In this document: one piece after another, positions 48,201-58,081 of the stretch
How positions within the stretch are numbered: the first letter of the stretch is position 1
How the letters are laid out: the number at the start of each line of letters is the position of its first letter
NCBI GenBank assembly: GCA_964187785.1
Contig: OZ076409.1
Location: 50,098,001-50,162,000 of the forward strand
DNA from: Amphiscolops sp. MND2022
Lineage: Eukaryota
DNA length: 64,000 nucleotides
Direction of reading: 5' to 3'
Made by a program: the position numbers and the translations under genes
Notes under the pieces: generated by a model
Told to the model about the DNA's origin: nothing
Database searches by the model: none
What the model saw: the letters and a program-made list of their open reading frames with translations, nothing else

Positions 48201-49557
48201 TGCGGTCCAGAAGGAGTGTTGGCTTCTTTACGGGCCTCAAGTAATGCACTCCGATCGTTGCTTTTTCTAGGTTTTCCACATCCTCTGGGTTTCCTTTGCT
48301 GGTAGCTGTTTCGAATTTCTGCACCTCCAATCCTAAGTCTGGATTCTCTGATTTCGCTTCTCGCTGCAGACGCACCGTGTCTCTGGCAGCAATGTCAAGC
48401 TGTCGTGCCTCTGTCTGCGATAGGAGTTCTTTAGAGAATCGCACTCGTCTAGGCTCCGGCTGTTGCACTGGGGATGGATTCGGGCTGGAGTTCGTTGCAT
48501 CCGAATTAGCTAAGTCTCTGGCCCTTTTCTTTTGAACTAGCTGTTCGATCTTGCTTTGTTCCTTTCGATTCAGTACGTCGCGGAGATCGATAGGTGCCTT
48601 GGCTGCTTGCCTTTCTGCCAGTTCATGCTGTTTCTGTTGTTCTTGGCGTTCTGGGTCGGCCTGAAAACCTATTAGGTGATGTGGGTCCTGCGACGTTGAA
48701 GGTAGCAAGGCATCGTAAGAGTCTTGAAATCCGATCATATCTGTCATGATGGGCACGTCGAGCGGGTTCCGCATCATTATGGTTCTCGGTCTTTGGCTTG
48801 TATTTTGGGTGGCATCTTCATCGTTCTGCGCGCTCGTGTGCGCTTCTTCTACCCCTTCCCCCCTGGAAGACGAAGGGAGCATGAGTTTGTTGTTCTCTTC
48901 CAGGCGCCTGACACTAATTGGGGCGGATGATGGTGGGAGCGTCAATATTGGCGGAGGCACTGTTGGCAAAAGGCATGTGAATTGCTGTGTGGGCGATGGT
49001 TGCGTAGATTGACAGTCGCGGGCGGTCTCAGGGGCAGTTATCGACGATATTGCAGGTGCTTGCGTCAGGTTCGTTTGAAGATGTCGTTGCTGCTCCATGG
49101 GAGGTCTATTAGGCTCGCCATATCTCAAGTGCGATCTGTGGTCATCAAAATGGTGGGTGAGATCGTGTCCTTGCCACGCGCCATTGTGGAATTCCGCAGT
49201 TCTGCGGTAAGATCCAATTCCAATTGATATGGAGAGGGTGAAGTCCGGATGTATCTCGAGAGATTGCATTTGGGCAATTAGTATGGCCATCCCGGTCACC
49301 AGTGATGGAGAAGGGGTCTCTTGTAGGGTCGATTGGACCAGACCAAGCTGGTCAATTCTGGTTTGAGATTCTTCGACAGGCAGCGAGGACACGGGAGCTT
49401 CTTGCGTGGCAATTGTCGGCGGTTGTGATTGGTCCATTCTGCTGGTGCTCGGTTGCGAGCTTGTTGTTGATGGAGCTGGCATGCGGGTTTTAGCCGATTG
49501 ATCCATTAAAGAGATAGGTAGCGCCTTGGATAAATGACTATGGTGGATATACTGCAA
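45251..49557 (-). CDS. Element C large accessory ORF (~1430 codons, one frameshift near 46940) with SGNH/GDSL-like domain
   Basis: 882-aa and 571-aa ORFs overlapping at 46909-46966; IALFMDS, VMNLPCTSLEEM, ILIYSNMID and YVEAMRNLIRRVQRMKP..VVFMSSP follow the SGNH block order; no signal peptide or C-terminal anchor typical of env. Confidence 0.75.
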
Positions 49558-49812
49558 ATGTGATGATATATGACTGGCTGCGTCAAGTGCATGGGAATTG
49601 ACAGGACTGAACTAGAAAAAAGAAAACGACAGACGTCAATTTGAGCTAAAATATTATTGCTGATGAGTGCAGTTGATATGATAGACATTAAAAGACAATA
49701 AGATAAAACAGATTCGACAATTCACGTTAAAACCTAGTTCAGGGATTACTCAAACAACACATATGCTAAGAACAGGACGAGTGGCCTCCCTTGTTTTTTG
49801 TACCAGAGTAAT

Positions 49813-51799
49813 TCAGTCAAATTTGTATTTTACATGGTTCTGGTGTGTCCTCACTAACGCAATTGATACATACACCCTATCATGGAGGACTATGTCGATA
49901 TTGGAATCAATGAAATGATCTTTCAACATTGAATACCAAGCTGGTAGCATGTTGATTGATCTTTCAGGGTCATAGATGGGAAAATGGATACGGGTGATCT
50001 GTGCTCGTATGAGCTTCTGCACCAGGTCTATTAGGCACAGATGTAGCACATCATGTAAAATGGGGTGTTTACTAGAGGCTCTGGTGATTAACAGGAACAT
50101 TTCGTTATTCCACGGCGTTGCGGGTGATCTAGTGAGGTGAATAGCCTTTCCTACAGCTGGGCGTAGTCGGAAAATTTCCTCTTGGCCATATTCTCTAATG
50201 ACGTAGCGCGCCATTGCTGAATATGATAGAAGGTCTGCCGGACAGCATATTACTACGGTACCCCTGACTTGCAAGATGTCAGTTTCTTCGTAATGAATCC
50301 ATGATAGATAGTTCGGTTTGATCTTTGGATGCGTTATCAATAGTTTTCCCGTGACTGTGCTTTGATTGTCTTGACTTGGTGTGAGGTGATCCAGAATGGC
50401 CTTACGGTCTTGCCACACTGTTCTGCGTAAAGGTCTGTCCCCCAAGTTCGTGCAGGACCAATCGTGAACTACGGAGAGTGCTTCCAGCACGGTCACTGGG
50501 TTCTCGAATGTATATGTGTGTTTGTCTAACAGGCGTATTTTGGCTTGGCGACCAAAGATGATAGCTAGTAGTTGTAACCAATGTTGACTGAGGAATCTCC
50601 CACGATAAATATCTGCTAGATGGAAGCATAAGGTGTCCTCGAACTCTACGAGCGTACGCAAATTTTCCAAGCAAATCAGTAAGGTTCCTGGAGTCACTAG
50701 TGACGTTTCGTCCAAAGAGGTGACCAATAGCCACCAACCAGCCGTTGGGTGATACACATCTCCAGGAGGGGAGGTTACGCCATATTGCTGCCATAGTCTT
50801 CGCGCGGTGATACAGCGGACCATTGCTATTCGTGTGTCACTTGGTTCTATTTTTCCAAACATCATCGATGGTGGGAGTGGGGGTATGATTGCGGTCAACG
50901 TGAATTCTAATCCACTCTTTTCATGCCGTGTCCGTTCCTTAAAACGGTAGGTGGGGCAGTCTGATGGAGATGTTTTTTGCATGGCTTTTAGTGTGGTTTC
51001 CAGGGGTGGGACCACAGCTGGTCCAATGCTCGAGTAGGTCTTTTCCACGGTAATCACAACGTGATGTACTTGTGGAACCTCTTGGTCCTTAGCTTGTATG
51101 TTTCGAATGTATTGCATGTGATCTTCCGTTGTTTCAGTAACAGCTGTGTCTGGGGCAGGAGCGTCTACTCCCCGGGCCAATCGCTTGTTCGGTGGTTTTC
51201 TACTAATTAGGTTGACGCAACTACAGTTACGGGAACCACATGTTCCGCAGCGATATCTAGGAGTTCTATTGCGTCGCAGCAAATAGGGTGGTGCTCGTGA
51301 GGTTGTTGTTTGTTCCGCTTCTGATTGCTCTGATGATAAACTTTCTGTAATGTTGGGTAGCCTCATTGCACGTTCCAGGGTTTGAGATTGTGCTCTAGTT
51401 CGCAATCTGCCTCTCGATCTGGTGTACGGTCGGTGCGTGCTTGCAGGTGCTCTGCTTGATGAGTTGGCACTTCCTCTTCTACGATTTGGAGGTCTGCCTC
51501 TTGGCCTGCCTCTTCTACTCGCGGTTCTCCCCGATGATGGCAATGCTTCCATGCTGTGTCTGGGTTCTGGAATTTCTGTCAGTTCTTTCTTGGGGTTTGG
51601 GTTCCTCGATAGTTTGTAGTCCTGCCGAGCTACCAGCTCGGGAACTGAATAGTGGGAAATTGCTCAATGTGTCGGTTAAAGCTGGGTTCGAGAGCAATGG
51701 TGCTGATGTTCCTGATGGCGAGGGTATCAGACTTGGTGTTGGTTCTGGCCTGACTTCCTCTTGGTCTGAATACAGTGGTCCCAAATCATCGATATCAGG
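49813..51799 (-). CDS. Element C post-integrase extension: AT-hooks, Cys cluster and two macrodomain-like units
   Basis: ORF 51515-51784 is in frame with pol after the TAA at 51800-51802, then shifts (~51590) into ORF 49813-51552. Motifs RRGRPRGRPP, CGTCGSRNCSC and a TARG1/Poa1p-like pattern DILQ...VICCPAD...VGKA...FLLITR...KHP...L..CL...ITRIHFP...W..ML...F....I.IVL. Confidence 0.75.
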
Positions 51800-54700
51800 T
51801 TAGATCATTGGTTGTTGTGGCTCTTCAATGGGTTGATCCATTTGTTCTTGGTCGGATTCCGACTCAGAAGGGTATCCAAAATGGCTGAATCGTCTTCGAG
51901 GGATTCCTCGTTCTAGAGCAGACTGAGTACGTGTTTGAATCGTGCTCGGGGGAACGGGCGCGGTCGGTTCCATCTCGAATGATGCCTCTGGCAGTTGTTC
52001 TGGAAGAAATGAGTCACGTGATATGTCTGACGTTATCTCCTCTTTACTTTCCTCCACGTATGGGTCTGCGATGATGGCAACATTCTGGTCTAACCCAAAG
52101 GGTTGATGTGCCGCCCAATCCCACGGCGCAGGCATATGCTTCTTCAGGCGTTCGAAGTGGACCTTTTGTCCTGTATCCAAAACGTATAATCTTCCATCTT
52201 GTAATACATCTGTGACCTTGTGAGGTCCACGCCAGGCACGAAGGAGTTTGCGGGTGCCACCTTTAGGAATTATGTGGCAGAAAACCCAAACTGCATCACC
52301 CACCGCGTGAGCTTTTGCTTTCAAATGCTTGTCGAACTTCTGTTTTTGTCGTATTTGCGCCTGGTGTGTGTTTCGGCGAACAAGTTCGTGGATTTCTTGT
52401 TGTCGAGCAAGTAGGTGCTCCACAAATTCTTCTTTGGACTCAAACTCTCGCGCTGCGAATTCTGGGTATATAAACGAGAGTGGAATGGATTTTTCTGCGC
52501 CATGTTGGAGCATATAGGGGGAAAATCCGGTCGTTGCATGTCTGGTAGAATTATAGGCACCCAAAACTCCGTCTACGTGTTCATCCCAGTCAAGCATTCT
52601 TCGAGACGTATAGACTCGGAGCAAGGTCAGTAATGTTCGGTTTTGACGTTCCACTAAACCATTACCTCTCGGATGAGCTGGAGTAGACGTTATTTTGGTT
52701 ACTTGCGAAGCTTTCATCAGTTCTTGAGCAATCTCGGCAGTAAAGTTGGTGGCGTTGTCCGATTGCATCATGGCAGGTGTGCCGTGTCTTGCAAACCATT
52801 TATTCAGGTTAATCTTTGCAGTCGTCTGGGCGTCATATTCGTCGTGTGCACATGGGATTGCCTCTGCAAATTTAGTGAAATGGTCGATGATGACTAGCAA
52901 TCCATTATTTCCTGACGTTGTTTTGCACAACTTCAAATGGTCGAACTGCACCAGGTCATTAAAATTGCTGCTGTTGATACTTTGTAACGGATAACAGGGA
53001 TTCCCAGCGGGATGTTTCGTCTGTTGGCATGTTAGGCAGTGCTTAATATGATTGACAACATCACGCTTGATGCCTGGCCAAGTGTGGCGCTCCTGGATAC
53101 TTGTCAACACTTTACCAACGCCTTGGTGTCCTGATTCGTCATGCGCTCTGTACAGGATTTCGTGTTGGTATAGCTGGGGCATGACGATCATACACGGTCG
53201 TATGTGCATCGCGCGTTGCCGCGGAATGTAGTTGACACACAAGATATCGTTCTGATTCAGGAACAGTAAGTCTTTTTTCTGGTGAAAGTACCGTTTGGCA
53301 AAGTCCTGCACGTCTTCGGGAAACAACGTATCCTCTAGTGGCTCGTTCTTCATGAGTTTCTTCAGCGCTAGCAGATGTACATCTCTGTTTTGAGCTAGAT
53401 GAAGATCTTTCAATCCGCGCATTGTTGACTGATGCTCGTGAAGCTCAGTCCCGACTAGCCGGAGGACGTCAGCTTGTTCCTGACACGGCGTAGGCAATCT
53501 ACGCAGTGCTGGGTCACGTTGGATGGTGTCCAGACGTGCCGCCGGCACTTTGGTCGTTACGCTAAGGATACGATTCGGTCTGTCGTCTTCGGTCGAAGTC
53601 GGAGTTGTTTCCCATTGCACTTGTGGGTACCATGGTATGGAACTCAGGGACGGGTCTGATGTCAGATCTTCCTTTGGTGGCTTTTTCAAAATGTACAGCA
53701 CTGGAAGTTGTGCTCTAGCTTCCGGTGGAAGCTCTGGATGGTTTGGGATAAATTTTCCATGTTTGTCGATATAGGGCACAGTGGGGAGTTCTTCGTAGTC
53801 TTTTTGGGGCATGAAGATGAATCCCTTACTCACTTCTGGTAGAGTTTCCACAATCTTCTCCCGATGTACGCAGTCATTGGTCCTTTTGCTAAGACCATCC
53901 ACATTTCTATGTTGTGTGCGCGGTCTGTGGATCGTCTTGAAATGATATCGGTCGAGGCGCGCAATCCAGCGTCCAATCATGGCTTGATCCATTGAATATG
54001 TCTTCAGCCACGAGAGAGCCTGGTTATCCACGTGCAGCGTGAATTCTCTACCTGCAAGGTAGGAATGAAATTTCTCGATAAAGTAGAATACTGCATACAT
54101 TTCCAGCTTCGGGGCGCCATATTTCATTTGTGTTTTAGTCAGTGACTTACTGCCATAAACAATAGGACGAAGAATGGTTTTCCCATTGTATTGTTGCTCT
54201 TGGTGCAGTATGCCAGCTATAGCAACTGCACTGGCATCTGTGTCTAGAACGAAACGTCCTTCTTCGTTGGGCGCTGCCAAAGCTGTGGCATCGACCAATG
54301 CCTGCTTTACTGCATCGAACGCTTCTTGGTGTCTTTCTTTCCAGTAGAAATGTTGGTTCTTTTTTAACAACTCCTGCATAGGTTGCACCTTAGCAGCATG
54401 AAAAGGAATGAAATCTCGGTAGTAGTTCGCAAATCCAAGGAAGCTCTGTAATTCTTCTCTGTTTCTGGGGGGCATCCATTCCTGGATTTTGCTGACAGCA
54501 GCCGGGTCAGGCTTTATGCCTTCGGCCGAAACTACTCTTCCAAGGTATTTGGTTTCAGTGCGCATGAAGTCGCATTTCTCTGCTCGCATTTTGAAACCTG
54601 CCTGTCTGAGACACTCGAACACTTCTCTAATTCTTTCCAAGTGGTCTTCAATGGTTTCTGTCGCAATCACTATGTCATCTATGTATGCCATGACAACGCT

Positions 54701-57700
54701 TCCATGTCGTTGTTGGATCTTCTGTAGAGCTCGCGTGATTGATCGCTGAAAGGTGGCCGATGCATTGCATAGCCCGAAGGGCATGCGCCGCCATTCGAAC
54801 AGGCCAAGTTCACACGCGAACGCCGTTTTTCTGCGATCACGCTTCTTTAGTGGAATTTGCCAAAAGGCCCATGCCAAATCGATACTCGTGAAGATCTTTG
54901 CATTCCCAATCCTCGAGCGGCTTTCATCAATTCTGGGTAGTGGAAATGCGTCCTTCACTGTTACATCATTTAGCGGGCGGAAGTCACAGCAAAAGCGAAG
55001 CTCGCCTGATTTCTTTTTCACCATGGCTATACCACTGGCCCACGGAGAGAAGGAGGGTTGTATCAGACCAAGGGCCAGCAAATTTTGCACTTCCCGATTG
55101 GCTTTCGCCGCCTTATCAGGGGACATTCGCCTAGCTCCTTCTCGGTGAGGTATAGCCTCCGGCTCTAGCTCTATCTTGTGCTTTGCAATCTTACACCTAC
55201 CTAAGTCAGACTTATTTTTCATGAATAGGTCTTTGTACTCATTTAATATAGTTTCTAACTTGTTTCTCGCCTCTTCCCCCCATGAAGAAAGGACGGAAGA
55301 GAGGTCTGGGCCTGGGATTGCTTTTAACAGCTGTGGATCTGTCCTTTTGCGCTTTTCATTATCTGATAAACCTGCCTCAGACGGTTCGGTCGACGATAAA
55401 AAGTTTTGGGCAAAGGAACTGAATTCTGAACTGGTGTCCATATCGAAGTTTCTATGTATTTGATTTACATATTCGGCAGAAAGCTTTGAAGCTTCACCTT
55501 CAGTTTGCATAAGAACAGAGTTCAATACAAAAGTGGTAAGCGCCGCTTTGCCAATTACAGTTTGTGCTTTGATTTTCACCCGTTCTTTATCAGTTTGGTT
55601 TCGGATGGCTAAAAATACTATACCTCCTTCTCCCACAGAAGTTAGTGTATCTTCTGAAACAAAGACTGAAGTGGACTTTATGCTACATGAGTGGACCGTT
55701 ACATTTCGAAACAGGAAAGTGTCAGGTTGTAGCGTGATGATTTTCGCACGCACTATCTTCCTTTCGAATGGACCTAGTATTATGTCTTCAGTGGAAACTA
55801 CAAACGATGGTTCGTGGTCGCTTACCTCATGAGTGGCTTTAAAGATTCGAGGTGTTTTGGGATCGCGGATCGTCACTTTCATTGCTGTTAGGTCCACCAA
55901 CACGTTGTATGTGCGCAAGAAATTGCGACCCAGGAGGAAAGCCTCTGACCCAATATGATCGGCTATGACTACAAAGTTGGTCTTCAGAGTGTATCCGCCG
56001 AGCTGAAAGTTTACATCTTCGGCTATACCCACGGTGGTGATGTTTTTGCCATTGGCAGCGAAGAGTTCAACGTCATATGATGGTAGGCTCAGCATATGCT
56101 GGGAAGCAATCTTTTTGTACGCACTCAATGAAAGGATGGAAACTCCCGAACCGGTGTCAATCATGCCGAAAAGTGGTATCGGCTTTTGCAGAGGAGTTCC
56201 GAACGCTACTACTAGCGAGGCTCGCTGGTCAATCTGGGCCTCTCCTTGTGCATCTTGCACTCCAATGCTATAACAACGCAGTTCTTGCCTGCCTAGATAT
56301 AGGCCTTGCGGAAAGTGTCCTTCCAGGACAACAATCGCATCAAACCTCATGTCCACACCATCAACCGTGATCGCTACGGGGACTGGCGCGATTGTCTTCA
56401 CCCTCTGTATCTGGGCCAGCTTGGTCTCATCATTCCTTGTGAAGTGGGGTAGTGGTCGCGAAGCTATCGTCAAACTGGTAATGCTGCACAGTTCTTCCTT
56501 CAATTGTGCTAATGTGAGATTTGGACGCGCCTTTTGTTCCGCGGATAATAACAGATGGATGGATATTAGTGTTTCAGTACAGTCAGGCGCTGGTGCCTCA
56601 AGTGTCGTCAAGATTTGTTTCTCGCCACAAGTTACAACCACAGGGCGTGATGGGCCTCCGTCTTCCGAAGTCGAGATTACCCTTATTTGATCCTCTGAAT
56701 CGCAAAAGTCTGTTGAGTTTGCGACCGGGGCGTACCACGCCGCTTTTACTTGTTCTTCCGTTGCAACATTGTGAGGCGTCATACAATCAGATGCCACGTG
56801 GCCTACATGACCACAATTAACACAAAATGCTGATGTTCCTTGTTCTGGTAGGGTTGCGGGCATTAAGTCATCATTCATGCCGCGTGGGTTCGATGGGCAC
56901 ACCCATTCTCCAGCTGTGTTCGTGCGACACGAATTAACTACTTGCTGTACTGGTTTCCGTGCTCGGTCTTTCAAAGGACAATCGGCTGCAAAGTGTGAAG
57001 GATCTCCACAATTGAAACATGTTCGCTGCGGTTGTTGTCGGAAAGCTGGAGGCTGTTGTGGGAATTGCTGGGCGTTAGGCGCTTGAGGGGCTTGTGCCTG
57101 TGCTTGGTTTTGCGGGTTCGCTGCGACAGGCGGCTGTTGTTGTTGTTGTGGTGCAGGATAATTTTCCGAACGTGTTGAACCACGCATACGCAGGTATTGT
57201 TGTACTGTGAATCGTAAGGCCTCCACAGTTGGGGGTGTGTCTACATACTGTTCCTGTGCATACATGAGTGCAAGGTTTCGTTTCAACTCATAGCTTCGAA
57301 CCCCTTCGATGAACTTCTGCATGATTTCATAGCGCCTCACCGCAACTTCCTCGTTGGGAAATCCTTGGCTGCGCAAACCTTCCAATGCGTCAAGATATTG
57401 CATGTAGTCTTCATCCGGGGACTGATTACGTGTACGGAACTGTTGTTGTATTTGGATCTTATTAGATCCTGTTCCAAATCTTCGTGCTAGCACCGCGAAG
57501 ACTTTTTCATCAGTATCGCGTTCCGCTTCTGATTTATTCGTAATAAAGTCTCGTGCTTCATTTTCTAGAAACTCCACAATTGTCCATGCTTTGTCTAAAG
57601 GAGTGTCTTTTGAATGGGCTTTTTCCAGGTAACGCCTCATCAGCATTAGCCAGCCATCCACTATTCCATCGCGTGTGCCACGATACTTGGTAGGTTTGTT

Positions 57701-58081
57701 CTTGGATTCTTTGGCTGCCAATAATGGCTCCAGACCTTTGGACATCGCGGTGGTTATTGCTTCCGCCAACGCTTGGCTGTGTATAGCATTCGGAGCGTTG
57801 TCCTTGTCCTTGGCAGCTCCCTCCACCGTTCCAGTGTTCAGGTTCCTTCTCGAGATTGTCTTCCTTTGCGTGCTAGAGGCTAATGGCCGTAATTGATCGT
57901 TACTATGGGGTAACATTGAGCGTTTTGTGCCAAGCATTGACGAAACAGCAGTTTGATATTCGGTACTTCCTGATGCTGTTTTCATATTACTATTCATTTG
58001 GTCGCTGGCCGCCGAGTAATAATCTCCAGTCGTTGAGTCACCTCTAGCATATGGGTCGAATGAAGGGGGGCCTGATGTCAC
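51800..58081 (-). CDS. gag-pol: Element C Gag-Pol (2093 aa open): capsid, two CCHC knuckles, PR, RT, RNase H, IN
   Basis: CFNCGDPSHFAADC, CVNCGHVGHVASDC, MIDTGS, MPFGLCNA, AYIDD, DTDAS, HDESGH...CLTC, QFDH, QSDN, VER, WRGPH. Confidence 0.98.
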   Translation of the reverse strand: MTSGPPSFDPYARGDSTTGDYYSAASDQMNSNMKTASGSTEYQTAVSSMLGTKRSMLPHSNDQLRPLASSTQRKTISRRNLNTGTVEGAAKDKDNAPNAIHSQALAEAITTAMSKGLEPLLAAKESKNKPTKYRGTRDGIVDGWLMLMRRYLEKAHSKDTPLDKAWTIVEFLENEARDFITNKSEAERDTDEKVFAVLARRFGTGSNKIQIQQQFRTRNQSPDEDYMQYLDALEGLRSQGFPNEEVAVRRYEIMQKFIEGVRSYELKRNLALMYAQEQYVDTPPTVEALRFTVQQYLRMRGSTRSENYPAPQQQQQPPVAANPQNQAQAQAPQAPNAQQFPQQPPAFRQQPQRTCFNCGDPSHFAADCPLKDRARKPVQQVVNSCRTNTAGEWVCPSNPRGMNDDLMPATLPEQGTSAFCVNCGHVGHVASDCMTPHNVATEEQVKAAWYAPVANSTDFCDSEDQIRVISTSEDGGPSRPVVVTCGEKQILTTLEAPAPDCTETLISIHLLLSAEQKARPNLTLAQLKEELCSITSLTIASRPLPHFTRNDETKLAQIQRVKTIAPVPVAITVDGVDMRFDAIVVLEGHFPQGLYLGRQELRCYSIGVQDAQGEAQIDQRASLVVAFGTPLQKPIPLFGMIDTGSGVSILSLSAYKKIASQHMLSLPSYDVELFAANGKNITTVGIAEDVNFQLGGYTLKTNFVVIADHIGSEAFLLGRNFLRTYNVLVDLTAMKVTIRDPKTPRIFKATHEVSDHEPSFVVSTEDIILGPFERKIVRAKIITLQPDTFLFRNVTVHSCSIKSTSVFVSEDTLTSVGEGGIVFLAIRNQTDKERVKIKAQTVIGKAALTTFVLNSVLMQTEGEASKLSAEYVNQIHRNFDMDTSSEFSSFAQNFLSSTEPSEAGLSDNEKRKRTDPQLLKAIPGPDLSSVLSSWGEEARNKLETILNEYKDLFMKNKSDLGRCKIAKHKIELEPEAIPHREGARRMSPDKAAKANREVQNLLALGLIQPSFSPWASGIAMVKKKSGELRFCCDFRPLNDVTVKDAFPLPRIDESRSRIGNAKIFTSIDLAWAFWQIPLKKRDRRKTAFACELGLFEWRRMPFGLCNASATFQRSITRALQKIQQRHGSVVMAYIDDIVIATETIEDHLERIREVFECLRQAGFKMRAEKCDFMRTETKYLGRVVSAEGIKPDPAAVSKIQEWMPPRNREELQSFLGFANYYRDFIPFHAAKVQPMQELLKKNQHFYWKERHQEAFDAVKQALVDATALAAPNEEGRFVLDTDASAVAIAGILHQEQQYNGKTILRPIVYGSKSLTKTQMKYGAPKLEMYAVFYFIEKFHSYLAGREFTLHVDNQALSWLKTYSMDQAMIGRWIARLDRYHFKTIHRPRTQHRNVDGLSKRTNDCVHREKIVETLPEVSKGFIFMPQKDYEELPTVPYIDKHGKFIPNHPELPPEARAQLPVLYILKKPPKEDLTSDPSLSSIPWYPQVQWETTPTSTEDDRPNRILSVTTKVPAARLDTIQRDPALRRLPTPCQEQADVLRLVGTELHEHQSTMRGLKDLHLAQNRDVHLLALKKLMKNEPLEDTLFPEDVQDFAKRYFHQKKDLLFLNQNDILCVNYIPRQRAMHIRPCMIVMPQLYQHEILYRAHDESGHQGVGKVLTSIQERHTWPGIKRDVVNHIKHCLTCQQTKHPAGNPCYPLQSINSSNFNDLVQFDHLKLCKTTSGNNGLLVIIDHFTKFAEAIPCAHDEYDAQTTAKINLNKWFARHGTPAMMQSDNATNFTAEIAQELMKASQVTKITSTPAHPRGNGLVERQNRTLLTLLRVYTSRRMLDWDEHVDGVLGAYNSTRHATTGFSPYMLQHGAEKSIPLSFIYPEFAAREFESKEEFVEHLLARQQEIHELVRRNTHQAQIRQKQKFDKHLKAKAHAVGDAVWVFCHIIPKGGTRKLLRAWRGPHKVTDVLQDGRLYVLDTGQKVHFERLKKHMPAPWDWAAHQPFGLDQNVAIIADPYVEESKEEITSDISRDSFLPEQLPEASFEMEPTAPVPPSTIQTRTQSALERGIPRRRFSHFGYPSESESDQEQMDQPIEEPQQPMI

